From: Gemmatimonadota bacterium
GTDB taxonomy: Bacteria; Gemmatimonadota; Gemmatimonadetes; Gemmatimonadales; GWC2-71-9
DNA: 64,000 nucleotides
Direction of reading: 5' to 3'
NCBI GenBank assembly: GCA_039589275.1
Contig: JBDHHP010000029.1
Coordinates: 1,109-65,108, forward strand
Below the pieces are notes generated by a model, which worked only from the letters and a program-made list of their open reading frames with translations, was not told where the DNA came from and ran no database searches. Position numbers and translations under genes: made by a program. Positions 29,172 to 39,600 of the stretch are shown here, piece by piece (position 1 is the first letter of the stretch; every line of letters begins with the position of its first letter).

Positions 29172-30469
29172 TGGAATGGGTCGACGTCATCGTGCTCGGG
29201 TGTTCGTTCATTATCCTGTTGGCGATCGGTGTGCCGGTAGCGTTCTCCATCGGCATTTCCACCGTGCTCACCATGCTGTTGAGCATCAAGACAGGGCCCG
29301 CCCTCACAACAATGGCACAGCGGATCGCCACGGGACTCGATTCGTTCACGCTCTTGGCGATTCCCTTCTTCATACTTGCCGGGCAGTTGATGAGCCGTGG
29401 AGGCATTGCTCGTCGGCTGATCGAATTCGCCAAGGCTCTATTAGCCGGCCTTCCGGGCGGGCTTGCACACGTCAATATCCTCGCGGCCATGCTATTCGCG
29501 GCAATATCGGGCTCGTCGGTGGCCACAGCGTCAGCGGTCGGCAGTATCATGGGACCGCGTATGGAAGAAGATGGTTACGAGCGGAGCTTCGGCGCCGCTG
29601 TCAACATCACAGCTGCGACTACAGGCCTCATAATCCCTCCGAGTAACATCCTCATCGTGTTTTCGTTGGCGAGCGGCGGGGTGTCGATCACCGCGTTATT
29701 CCTAGCTGGATACCTGCCCGGCGTGCTGGTGGGACTCTCGCTAATGCTAGTAGCCGGGGTTCTAGCCGTGCGGAGGAAGTATCCTGTGGCGCGCCGCACG
29801 GGATGGCGGCAGATAGGCAAGCGATTCCTTGCTGCGTTACCAAGTCTGCTGATGCTTGTCGTGGTCATGGGCGGGATCGTATCCGGGGTGTTTACTGCGA
29901 CAGAAGCAGCTGCGGTCGCCGTGCTCTACGCCCTCATCCTCGCCCTGGCCTACCGGGAGATCACGTTTCGTGACCTTCCACAAATACTCCTCAGCACGTC
30001 AGCCACGACTGCTATCGTGCTGCTGCTGGTGGGCACATCCATCGGCATGTCCTGGATCCTCGCGTACGAGAGCATCCCACAGAACGTGAGTCTGGCGCTG
30101 ATCGGACTCACCGAGAACAAGATCCTGGTGCTTCTCATCATCAACGTGATTCTGCTGGCCGTTGGGGTGTTCATGGACATAACACCTGCGGTGTTGATTT
30201 TCACTCCTATCTTCCTACCGATCGCAGTGCAACTCGGCGTGGACCCGACTCACTTCGGCATCATCATGGTCCTCAACCTGTGCATCGGCCTTTGCACACC
30301 TCCCGTGGGGACCGTGTTATTCGTCGGGGTGGGCGTGGCGCAGACCACCATCACACGCGTCATACGGCCGCTGCTACCCCTTTACATCGCGATGATCGTG
30401 GCATTGATGATCGTGACGTACCTTCCCGGCCTGAGCTTGTGGTTGCCGAAGTTGTTTGGAGCGCAGTGA
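29171..30469 (+). CDS. dctM: TRAP transporter large permease (DctM)
   Basis: 432 aa, polytopic. Typical DctM stretches are present: FILAG, AISGSS.AT and PPS..LI. Confidence 0.9.
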   Translation: MEWVDVIVLGCSFIILLAIGVPVAFSIGISTVLTMLLSIKTGPALTTMAQRIATGLDSFTLLAIPFFILAGQLMSRGGIARRLIEFAKALLAGLPGGLAHVNILAAMLFAAISGSSVATASAVGSIMGPRMEEDGYERSFGAAVNITAATTGLIIPPSNILIVFSLASGGVSITALFLAGYLPGVLVGLSLMLVAGVLAVRRKYPVARRTGWRQIGKRFLAALPSLLMLVVVMGGIVSGVFTATEAAAVAVLYALILALAYREITFRDLPQILLSTSATTAIVLLLVGTSIGMSWILAYESIPQNVSLALIGLTENKILVLLIINVILLAVGVFMDITPAVLIFTPIFLPIAVQLGVDPTHFGIIMVLNLCIGLCTPPVGTVLFVGVGVAQTTITRVIRPLLPLYIAMIVALMIVTYLPGLSLWLPKLFGAQ

Positions 30470-30503
30470 CGGAGGCAGCGCCTCTCAAACCTCGGCAGGA
30501 ACC

Positions 30504-33146
30504 TCAGTTGCTCGTCGACCTCCGCCGCAGTGTCGTTGCCCTGTTGATCGCGTTGAACACCAGTTTGTAGGTCCCACGCGGCTGGCCTCGGAATTGGGGC
30601 CGGAATCCGAACAGCACCACGCGGCCGTTGCCTAGCCCAACGCTCACCATCGCAGCCCTTCCAGCCAGATAGCGTTCCTCTCCCATCGCCCATCCGCTCA
30701 TCAACAGATCCTCCCGAGCGTATTGGGCAATCACCTCCACTGGCGGCGGTGCGGCCTCGGGGATCGCTTCGCGCCCGCCCTCCCCCGCCCGCGGCAGCCG
30801 GACGATCTCGAAAGCGCGGCTCTGCGAATACGAAGCGGCCACCTGCGGCTGCATACCGTATGCAAGCGGGTCGTCGGTGTTGATGTCGGTCCGAATCAGT
30901 GACCCTGGTATGAAGAACCGCTCGGCAGGCAGCCCGGCCACGGCGTTGCGGACAGGCAGCCCGAACTGATCGATCGGAAAATCGGTCGACGCATCGAAGG
31001 CGATGAGAGTCCCACCCGCCTCCACAAACCGTTGCAGTGCCGCAGCCCCGGCCGCGCCTAGGCCCCCGACGTGTTCGTCGGGCATTGTACCGGGCAGATT
31101 GCCAAGGAGTATCTGATCGCCGGGGTGGTTCGGCAAGATGATCGCGTCATACGACGAGAGGTCTCCGGACCGGATATCCGCATCGTGCAAGGTGTCGACC
31201 GGAAACTCATACTGTTCCATCAGCCAGAGGGTCCAACCTTGATCGTCGACCCGCGAGTGCCATGCCTTGTACAGGCCGACTCGCGGCAAACGTAATTCGT
31301 CCGACGCGGCTTCCGGCGAATTCTCCAGACCCACGAAATCGAGGCCGAACTGGCGAGCGAGGGACCGCACCGCATCGCCCGCACCACGCCCGGCGCGCAC
31401 GATGAAGCTCCCCGCGGCAATCGAGTTTCCGCTGGCCTCGAACGCTTCATTGGTGACGGCAACGCCGTGCCCCTGGGCTAGGAGACGGTTTACGGCGCGG
31501 AACGCTGCGTTGGTCGTCGGGCCAAATGCGTATCCGTACGCCCCCGAACCCGTTACCGACCCTGGGTCCGCAGACGCCAGCTCGGTGATCTCCTCGGTCC
31601 GGGCCTGGAACCGTTCTTCGATCCGGTCCGCGCGCACACCCATTTGCATCGGGAGCGTCCAACCGGCGAGGTCATAGGGTGTCTCCGGCGGCCCGCCGGG
31701 ATACTGTTCGCGCTCAGGATAGCGCCGCGGCTCCATCAGGTTCACAACGTGCGGACGGAATGCCTGCGCAGCGTACAGGACGTACGAGCCGGTCGGATAC
31801 TCAACTCCGTCAGCGTTGAACGACTGCGTGGCGCGATGTACCTCGACTCCACTATATCGGAAGACGTTGACCAGATTCACTGCCTCGCTGTGATCCCACT
31901 GGTCGGATGGAATGACGTAGGCAAACGGACCGCCTCGCTCACCAGCTTCGATCGCATCCCGACCCATCTTGTAGACATTGAACAGGAATCTTTCGCGGTA
32001 CCGTGCCGCCAGGTCCAGAGTCGCGATCGTCGCTTCCTGCATGTAGTCGAACGCGTCCCTGATGTGCGACTCGGTATCGAACCAGGGATCCGGATACGAG
32101 ATGCTGGTGCTGTCGGTTCTCGCGGGCAGCCCTCGTCGTACCGAAATGACCTCGGGAAAATCAGCTAGATCGTACGTTCGCGGTGTTGGAGTGCGATGCG
32201 AGGTCTCGGTAAGTAGACCAACCTGGTTATGGAAGTAAGGCGTGAGACGCATCCCACCGTTCCACCACATGCTGTACACGGATCGCGAGATGTACCCGGA
32301 CATGCCCAGCTGGGCGTACCTTGCAGCCATCGCCGCGCCCACCAAATTGACGCCCGTGGTCACACCGGGATGGATATCCGGATTCACGGGATCGGCAAAC
32401 GGCGGTATGAAGATGCGTGTGTACGACGGTCCTGTTTGGTGGTGGTTGTACACAATCTGGGGATACCACTCCTTGTACAGGATACGCGAAGCCGCACGGG
32501 TCTCCGGCTGGTTGTTCATGAACCAGTCGCGGTTGTTGTCGGTGCCGGCCCACGGCTGACCCAACCGCGGCGGCCTAGTGGTCTCGAACGGCGTCCCTCG
32601 CACGCGCCGGTACCAGTCAACGTCGTTCGCAATCGCGTCGGGGTTCAGGATTGGCATGAGCAAGACGATCACGTTCTCGCGTATGTTCCTGATCTCCTCA
32701 GCCTCAGAAGTCACCAGTCGGTGCGCTAGCTCCGGCGTCATCTGCGCGGCGGCGAACTCCTGGTCGTCCATTCCCCCATCGACCCAGACGATCGCCTTGC
32801 CCTGTGCCACCAGGGAGCGGGCTTCATCTTCGTCGATCCGAGCCCGCGCCAATCGTTCGCTGATCGAGCGCCACCGGTCGAGCTGGCGCATGTTCTCATC
32901 ACTCGAGATGAACATCAGGAGCATCGGGCGGTTCATGGCCGAACGTCCGATCTCAATGAGCTGAGCGCGGTCCGTCGCGTCGGCGAGCTGGCGGAAATAC
33001 TGCTGCATCTGCTCGTAGTCGGCGACCTCGTAGTCGGCTCCAGGGACCCACCCGAACACATCTAGAGGCGAGGGCACCTGGGCGGAGACGGACTGGGCTG
33101 CCGCGGTCAGTGCAGCAGCAACGAGAAGAAGAACGAGGCGTTGCAT
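30504..33146 (-). CDS. M14 carboxypeptidase-like exoprotein (intact paralog, non-canonical metal motif)
   Basis: 880 aa with a signal peptide ...AAAQSVSAQ and a CCGAGGAA ribosome-binding site. It is collinear with the broken copy at 6432..9009. It has DDQE (32757-32768) where that copy has HATE. Confidence 0.85.
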   Translation of the reverse strand: MQRLVLLLVAAALTAAAQSVSAQVPSPLDVFGWVPGADYEVADYEQMQQYFRQLADATDRAQLIEIGRSAMNRPMLLMFISSDENMRQLDRWRSISERLARARIDEDEARSLVAQGKAIVWVDGGMDDQEFAAAQMTPELAHRLVTSEAEEIRNIRENVIVLLMPILNPDAIANDVDWYRRVRGTPFETTRPPRLGQPWAGTDNNRDWFMNNQPETRAASRILYKEWYPQIVYNHHQTGPSYTRIFIPPFADPVNPDIHPGVTTGVNLVGAAMAARYAQLGMSGYISRSVYSMWWNGGMRLTPYFHNQVGLLTETSHRTPTPRTYDLADFPEVISVRRGLPARTDSTSISYPDPWFDTESHIRDAFDYMQEATIATLDLAARYRERFLFNVYKMGRDAIEAGERGGPFAYVIPSDQWDHSEAVNLVNVFRYSGVEVHRATQSFNADGVEYPTGSYVLYAAQAFRPHVVNLMEPRRYPEREQYPGGPPETPYDLAGWTLPMQMGVRADRIEERFQARTEEITELASADPGSVTGSGAYGYAFGPTTNAAFRAVNRLLAQGHGVAVTNEAFEASGNSIAAGSFIVRAGRGAGDAVRSLARQFGLDFVGLENSPEAASDELRLPRVGLYKAWHSRVDDQGWTLWLMEQYEFPVDTLHDADIRSGDLSSYDAIILPNHPGDQILLGNLPGTMPDEHVGGLGAAGAAALQRFVEAGGTLIAFDASTDFPIDQFGLPVRNAVAGLPAERFFIPGSLIRTDINTDDPLAYGMQPQVAASYSQSRAFEIVRLPRAGEGGREAIPEAAPPPVEVIAQYAREDLLMSGWAMGEERYLAGRAAMVSVGLGNGRVVLFGFRPQFRGQPRGTYKLVFNAINRATTLRRRSTSN

Positions 33147-33334
33147 TTGAAGTTCCTCGGATTACGGTCGCATAGGGTACGGGTTGAGATCCTGCCCGGC
33201 ATCGAGATTCTACCGTTGGGACGCCCGAAGGCAAGCTCGCGGCGACGGCCGAGTACAACGCCTGAATCGGTTCATTCGTATATCATTAAGGATTATTACA
33301 ACTTTCGACCGTCCAAATCTCTAGGAGGAACACC

Positions 33335-34315
33335 ATGCTCAGTCGCCGAGAATGGATTGGGATCACCGTGGGCGCGGGTGGCGCGCTCGCACTCCACCCG
33401 CGCCTGCTCCAGGCCTTGCGGCAAGGTCAGCTGATTCAACGTGCCGTTCCGTCATCCGGTGAGATGCTCCCCGCAGTCGGCCTCGGAAGCTCGGCCACGT
33501 TCTCGCGGGTCGCGCGGAGCGAAGACGTGGCCGCACTGCGGGACGTGATGCAGGCCATGGTCGATGGCGGTGCCGCTGTCTTTGATACCGCGCCCAGCTA
33601 CGGAGCGTCAGAGAAGGTAGCGGGCGATATCGCGAACGAGCTGGGTATCGCCGACAAGATCTTTTGGGCAACCAAGGTCAACGTTGCCGGCCGCGGTGGC
33701 GGCGCGGCCGACCCCGATGCGGCCCGCGAACAGATCCACGCTTCGTTCCAGAAGTTCCAGGTACCCAAGATCGATCTGATTCAGGTGCATAATCTGGCCG
33801 ACGTGCCGACTCAGCTGGGTATCCTGAAGGAGCTGAAGCAGCAGGGTCACATTCGCTACATCGGCGTGACCACGACCAGCGCCGGACGATACGAGGATCT
33901 CGATCAGGTCATGCGCAACGAGCCAATTGACTTCATCGGCATCGACTACGCTGTTGACAACCGTGGAATCGAATCCAGCATTCTGCCGTTGGCAGCCGAG
34001 CGGAAGATCGGTGTGCTCGTGTACCTGCCGTTCGGCCGCACCCGATTGTGGCAGCGTGTGGAGGGTCGAGAGCTGCCCAAGTGGGCGAGCGAATTCGACG
34101 CCACGACCTGGGCGCAGTTCTTCATCAAGTATGTGGTCGCACATCCCGCGGTCACGGTGGTGACGCCCTCGACCAGTAAGGCCAATCATATGATTGACAA
34201 TATCGGTGGCGGGATCGGGCGCCTGCCGGATGACGCCATGCGGCAGAGGATGGCGGAATTGGTGGATGCGCTGCCGCCGGCGCCGCCAAGACGCCGCCCC
34301 GGCGGAACGCGCTGA
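33335..34315 (+). CDS. aldo/keto reductase with Tat-like signal
   Basis: An AGGAGG lies 6 nt before the ATG. N-terminus SRREWIGITVGAGGALAL. AKR stretches are present: DTAPSYG.SE, IDLIQVHN, YIGVT. Confidence 0.8.
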   Translation: MLSRREWIGITVGAGGALALHPRLLQALRQGQLIQRAVPSSGEMLPAVGLGSSATFSRVARSEDVAALRDVMQAMVDGGAAVFDTAPSYGASEKVAGDIANELGIADKIFWATKVNVAGRGGGAADPDAAREQIHASFQKFQVPKIDLIQVHNLADVPTQLGILKELKQQGHIRYIGVTTTSAGRYEDLDQVMRNEPIDFIGIDYAVDNRGIESSILPLAAERKIGVLVYLPFGRTRLWQRVEGRELPKWASEFDATTWAQFFIKYVVAHPAVTVVTPSTSKANHMIDNIGGGIGRLPDDAMRQRMAELVDALPPAPPRRRPGGTR

Positions 34316-34326
34316 CAATAGCAAAA

Positions 34327-34359
34327 GGGCGATGCTCGGTGGACGACCGAGCATCGCCC
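34327..34359. terminator. 14-bp perfect hairpin between convergent genes (probable bidirectional terminator)
   Basis: GGGCGATGCTCGGT ggacg ACCGAGCATCGCCC, preceded by CAAAA. It lies between the stops at 34315 (+) and 34403 (-). Confidence 0.55.
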
Positions 34360-34402
34360 TGCGTCAGGCCCGCTCCCTACCCCGTACCACCCGTGACAGC
34401 AA

Positions 34403-35593
34403 TCAACCCAAGGCCAGGAACAGCATGTGGCCAAAAATGCCGGCGCAGAGGCCGCCGACGAAATGAGTACCGATGGCCGCATTGGTCAGGTCACGCTCGC
34501 CGATGCCATCCATCATCCCCACATGAGTGCTCAGAAACCCGGCGTTACAGATGCCAATGGCAGTGAAGACACAGATTTCTTTGGCACCGACCACTCCGCT
34601 TTCCAGGAACTCGGGCACAATGGCGATAGCGGCTCCGACAGATCCGAACGACGTGACCGGAAAGGCGATTGCTTCGGGGTTCGAGAACCCAAACAACGGC
34701 TCGATCACGAATGACAGCTTTTCTCCAACCCAAGGGAAGAAAGCGACCCCTTCGAAAGCGCCACCAGTATACACACCCTGGTTGGGCCCGTATGCCAACA
34801 TCATGACGATCGTGGTGATAATGACTACTCCCGGCATGATATCCAGGCCGGTCTTGACACCGTGGATGCCTCCGTCAAGCATTGCCTGCAGAGCACGCTG
34901 CGCAACAGTTCCTTGCCGCACTTCCCGGAAGCGCAAGATGTCGTAGCCTTCGTCGCTCTCGGAAATCACAGCTTTGCTCTTGCCGTACTTCCTTTTCCCA
35001 AAGAACCCCATCAGTCTGACACTCACGATGCCGCCGAGTATCGCTCCAACGTTGCCCAATAGCACGGCTCTGCCCAGTGATGTGGAATCGGACGACTGTG
35101 CCAGCATGAAGGTGGTCACGATGAGACCCATACCGAACACGGTCCCAAGATTTACCAGAGTCACGACCTGCCATTTCCTGAAGTACTTCATGAAACCCTT
35201 GTCGGCACACAGGGGCATGATTGCGGGATTGTCCGATAGATAGGTTGTCACGGCCCCGATCGAAGTCGCGCCCGGGAGTCCGAAGAGGGGTCTCATGAGT
35301 GGAGACACCGCACGGTTGGCGATGCTCACCACGCCAAACTCCGCGATAAGCGACGTGAACGCACCTGCGATGATTATCACTCCCATCAAGAACAGAACCG
35401 TGTTCAGTATTAGATCATGTGCAGTCCCCATCATCGTCTTGAACATGTTGGCGAGTCCCATTCGCCAGGCGAAGACGGCAAACAGGGCTACGACTATGAC
35501 TAGAGCGGCGATCGTCTCGGTGGTGATAGCCTTGACGATCTTCTTCTCTGGTGGTGTTACGACTTCAGGGTTTGTGCTGACTCCGAATCCCAT
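34403..35593 (-). CDS. polytopic inner-membrane protein (possibly a nucleoside-recognition/Gate-domain family transporter)
   Basis: From ORF 34403..35602. An AGAGGTG lies 7 nt before the ATG at 35593. About 10 hydrophobic helices. The function call is weak. Confidence 0.5.
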   Translation of the reverse strand: MGFGVSTNPEVVTPPEKKIVKAITTETIAALVIVVALFAVFAWRMGLANMFKTMMGTAHDLILNTVLFLMGVIIIAGAFTSLIAEFGVVSIANRAVSPLMRPLFGLPGATSIGAVTTYLSDNPAIMPLCADKGFMKYFRKWQVVTLVNLGTVFGMGLIVTTFMLAQSSDSTSLGRAVLLGNVGAILGGIVSVRLMGFFGKRKYGKSKAVISESDEGYDILRFREVRQGTVAQRALQAMLDGGIHGVKTGLDIMPGVVIITTIVMMLAYGPNQGVYTGGAFEGVAFFPWVGEKLSFVIEPLFGFSNPEAIAFPVTSFGSVGAAIAIVPEFLESGVVGAKEICVFTAIGICNAGFLSTHVGMMDGIGERDLTNAAIGTHFVGGLCAGIFGHMLFLALG

Positions 35594-35669
35594 GTTGGGC
35601 ACCTCTATGATGTTGGCAGCGGCGTATCAGGAATGAGTGGGGCGATCAGGCGACTCTGCGACATAGAGG

Positions 35670-36653
35670 CTACCAGTGTATTTCCACCACATCACCTTCT
35701 TCCAGAACGTGTGCATCCTTGACTGACTGCCCGTCGAATACGCTGGGTCCCCAAATGCGAGCGAACTTAAAGCCCTCGGCGATGTCCTTGTGAATCGTAC
35801 GGGCCAAATCACCGACGGTTGATCCGCGAGATAGAGTAAAGGGTTGGGAAAGGTCCGCTTCCTTGCGGGGTTCTTTGGTGTAAATGCGGATAATGTCCAG
35901 GGCTTCGAAGGTCCGCTTGCCCAGCTCCTCGAACCCGACATCGGTTGCTGTTGACACAGCGACGGTAGGCCAGTTGGTCTCTAGCAGTTCCGCGAGCGCC
36001 TTTAGGTCACCATCCGCACCCTCTCGATCCATTCCAGTGACCACTAAGAGAGTAGGTTGATAGATCCATCCCGGCCGCACGTCATCAGGTGCACTGCTGC
36101 CCGCCGGGTAGAAACCGATGGCCTTCGCCTCCAGAACATCCATCACCGAGTCGAAGCCAGCTAGCGGGTGCTCAATCGAGACCACGAGCCAAACCAGGTC
36201 ACCAGCACGAATCAGATCGTAGACCCATTGATCCACGTGCTCTTCGCACAGCGGCGGCAGGTCAATTAGCTGAAACGCGACATCGTCGAACGCCATCATC
36301 CCCGGGGTTGCCTCCCGGGTTGTCAGGGGGTAGGGAGCAACCTCGGGGTGAGCGTGCGTCAGGGCAGCGACGAGACTGGACTTTCCTGCATTGGGTGGTC
36401 CAACCAGTACAACCTGCCCCGCCCCTTCCCGGGGTATCCTGTGGCCGTGCCCCCTCGCAGGTCCCTTCTTCGTGGGCCCGCGCTTGAGCTTCGATATTCG
36501 GGAGCGAAGATCGGCCTGGAGTTTGTCCGTACCCTTGTGCTTCGGAATGACCCGAAGCATCTCCTCCAGACCGGCGATCTTCTCTTCCCGCGTCACCGCC
36601 TCGCGGAATCTGGCTTCGGCTTCCTTATAAGCCGGCGTGAGGTTGGCTGGCAT
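35670..36653 (-). CDS. OBG/DRG-like GTPase with C-terminal TGS domain
   Basis: P-loop GPPNAGKSSL, then YPLTT and DLPP. The C-terminus GDVVEIHW is TGS-like. Confidence 0.75.
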   Translation of the reverse strand: MPANLTPAYKEAEARFREAVTREEKIAGLEEMLRVIPKHKGTDKLQADLRSRISKLKRGPTKKGPARGHGHRIPREGAGQVVLVGPPNAGKSSLVAALTHAHPEVAPYPLTTREATPGMMAFDDVAFQLIDLPPLCEEHVDQWVYDLIRAGDLVWLVVSIEHPLAGFDSVMDVLEAKAIGFYPAGSSAPDDVRPGWIYQPTLLVVTGMDREGADGDLKALAELLETNWPTVAVSTATDVGFEELGKRTFEALDIIRIYTKEPRKEADLSQPFTLSRGSTVGDLARTIHKDIAEGFKFARIWGPSVFDGQSVKDAHVLEEGDVVEIHW

Positions 36654-36698
36654 AGGCCGTCCTCGCCCCTCTCAGTTCGTCCTTGACCGTCCTGGACG

Positions 36699-39600
36699 CT
36701 ACGGCCTCCAATTCGGAATCCTCCCACTGGTCCACGGCGCCCCCGCCGCTTCTGCGGATTGCTCGATGCGCTTCAGGTCCACGTCGATCGAGCGGCGCAG
36801 CCGCTCGAGGATGCCACCAAACTCGGCCGCAACGATGTCGTATTGCTCGCGCTGGAAACCAGTGACATCATGCAGTGCACCCGAGAACGCTCCACCGGTA
36901 ATCCGACCGAGTCGTGTCATCAGAGACGGCGGTGTCGCTTCCCTCCTGCGCCTCACCGTGGGATCGCCGCCCATCGCCCACTGGATCGCGCGGACGCTGT
37001 CCTCTATTGCTCGCAGTTCGTCGTTCAGCTCCGTGCCTGCGGTCGGTGTTTGCATGAGTGCGCGTTTGAGCAAACCGATGCGATTCATCGCTTCACCTGC
37101 CGCTGCGCTAGCACCCAGCACCGCGCGCTGCAGCGCGGCAGTCTGCTGCTGGAACGCGAGTACGGTCGACGAACGCGGCGTCGCTACATCATCGAGTGGA
37201 TAAACCTCAAACGACTGTGGCTGCCCAAGCGGAGTCGTCACACCGTCGACCACCTTGGCCAGCGAAACGGTGTAGGTACCTGGCACCACATAGGGACCTC
37301 CTCCACTGCCACCAAAGCCTCCGGATCCACTACCACCGCCGGTTGCCCTAATCGGGTTAGCGGAGGGATACCGCAGATCCCAGCTGACCTTGGTGACTCC
37401 GGCCGACGTGCGCCCGGTGAGTCGCCGAACGGTCCGGCCCTCCTGGTCTGTAACCGTGAGCATCATCTGGGGATTCTCTTCGAGGTCTTCCACCCGCAGC
37501 GAGTCCCACGACGGATAGAACACATCTTCGCCACGTCTCCTCGCCGCGGCCTCGGCGCGTTGCCGTGTGGCCCGACGAGTGCGAATGGCATCCTTCAGGT
37601 AGTAGTGGAACGTGGCCCCGGCGCTCGGGTTGTCAAAAGCGGCGAACCGCTCACCTTGCCAAGACGGATCGGGATTCGACTGCACGAACAGCGGCACGCG
37701 GTTCACCGGCAGCAATCCCCCCTCGCTCGCAACAAACTCCGGCGTCAACGCTCGCAGCGCCTCGAGATCGTCCAGCACGTAGAACCCCCGCCCAAACGTC
37801 GCAATGACCAAATCGTCGTGCTGCGTCTGGAACACCATGTCGCGCACGTAGATCGTCGGCAGTCCACCACGCAAACGAGTCCACTTCTCACCGCCGTTGT
37901 TCGAGAAGTAGATGCCGAATTCCGTGCCAGCGAACAGGAGATTCGGATCTTTGTAATCCTCGAGTATCGTGTAGGCCGTGCCGCGCTCGGGGAGGTCGCT
38001 TTGAATCAGCTCCCAGGACCGGCCCAAATCAGTGCTCCTCGCGACGTAGGGTTTGTAATCACCCACCTTGTGGTTGTCGAAGGCTACGTAAACGGTGTTC
38101 ACGTCGTGCCACGAAGGTTGGATGTCGGAGATGAACGTCGTATCCGGCACACCGCGCACCGAGGGTATGGCACGCCAGTTTTCGCCCCCGTCTTCGCTGA
38201 TCTGTATCATCCCGTCATCGCTGCCGGCAAACAACAGACCCTCCTGGAGCGGCGACTCGGCGAGACTCACGATCGAGTTCCAAACCGAAGTCGATGCGTT
38301 CTTCGCCACAGCGTCCACACCCCACACGCGACCCATCACCTTCAGGCGGTTGCGGTCGATCTGCTTGGTGAGGTTCGGGCTCACCTGCTCCCAGCTACCG
38401 CCGCGATCATCACTGCGGAAGATGACATTGGCCGCAAAGTAGAGTCGCGAAGGAGAATGCGGACTGATGATCAGCGGCGCGTCCCAGTGCCACACGAGCG
38501 GAGGATCACCCGGTGCCGGCTCGGGCCGGATCGAGACCCGCTCGCCTGTTTCCAGATTGAATCGCGTCAGTCCTGCATGCTGCGACTCGGCGTAGACGAT
38601 GTTCGGGTTGATCGGGTCGATACGCGAATAGAACCCGTCGCCACCCTGAGTCAGGAACCAGTCGGCGTTTCTGCCGCCACGACGAGTACGGGTGCGCGAG
38701 GGCCCGCCAAACGAACTGTTGTCCTGCGTTCCGCCGAACACGCGATAGAACGGTCGTGTGCTGTCGACCTCCACTCTGTAGAACTGACCGAGTGGAAGGT
38801 TGGGGAAGAAATCGTAGGTGGCACCACGGTCGAAACTCTCGTATAGCCCGCCGTCACAACCGAGGATGAGATGGTTGTTGTCGTCGGGATCGATCCACAA
38901 CGCCTGATTGTCGACGTGCTTGTTCCGCTCGCCCAACACCTCAAACGTCTTGCCGCCGTCATCGCTGATCCAGTTGCGAGTATCCATCGCGTAAACCCGA
39001 TCTACCTTGACCGGATCGGCTTCGATCTCCTGATAGTAGAGTCCGATCGTGACCCTATCGCTCATCCGTTGCCACGTGACGCCGTTGTTCTGCGACCGGT
39101 AGAAGCCACCGTTTTCGGCTGCCTCGACTATCGCATACACGACATCGGGGTCGACGGGCGAGATGGCGAGTCCGATGCGGCCCAGGTCTCCGCTCGGCAA
39201 ACCGCGCTGGGACTTGGTCCAGGTGTCGCCGCCATCGGTGGATCGGTGCACCCCCGACTCGGGACCGCCCGCTATGTATGCGAACTGACGCCGAGCACGC
39301 TGCCATGTCGATGCGATGAGTACGTCGGGCTTGCGTGGGTCCATTACCACATCACTCACCCCAGCCCACTCACCGGCATCCAAGATCTTGGTCCACGTCT
39401 CGCCACCGTCGGTAGTCTCGTAGAGCCCCCGGTCGCCACCACCGTTGAACACCGGTCCCTGAGAAGCCACATAGACGTGGTCGGAGTCACGCGGATCGAT
39501 CAGGATTCTGCCGATGTGCTCCGATTGCTTGAGGCCCATGTTCTTCCAGCTGCGGCCCCCGTCGATCGACTTGTACACGCCGTCACCATAAGACACCGAG

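Noticed and set aside
34403-36653. A functional link between the membrane protein and the TGS-GTPase as a novel system.
   Set aside because: The only evidence is co-directional adjacency with a 76-nt gap. Both look like housekeeping-type families, and I have no sequence evidence for coupling.
36759-38846. A 695-aa plus-strand ORF, with further long ORFs at 38871..40019 and 8663..9661.
   Set aside because: They lie antisense to well-supported genes (the BNR protein, the M14 copy, the response regulator). They have Arg/Pro/Gly/His-rich low-complexity translations, no recognisable motifs and no ribosome-binding site. This is the typical open antisense frame of GC-rich DNA.
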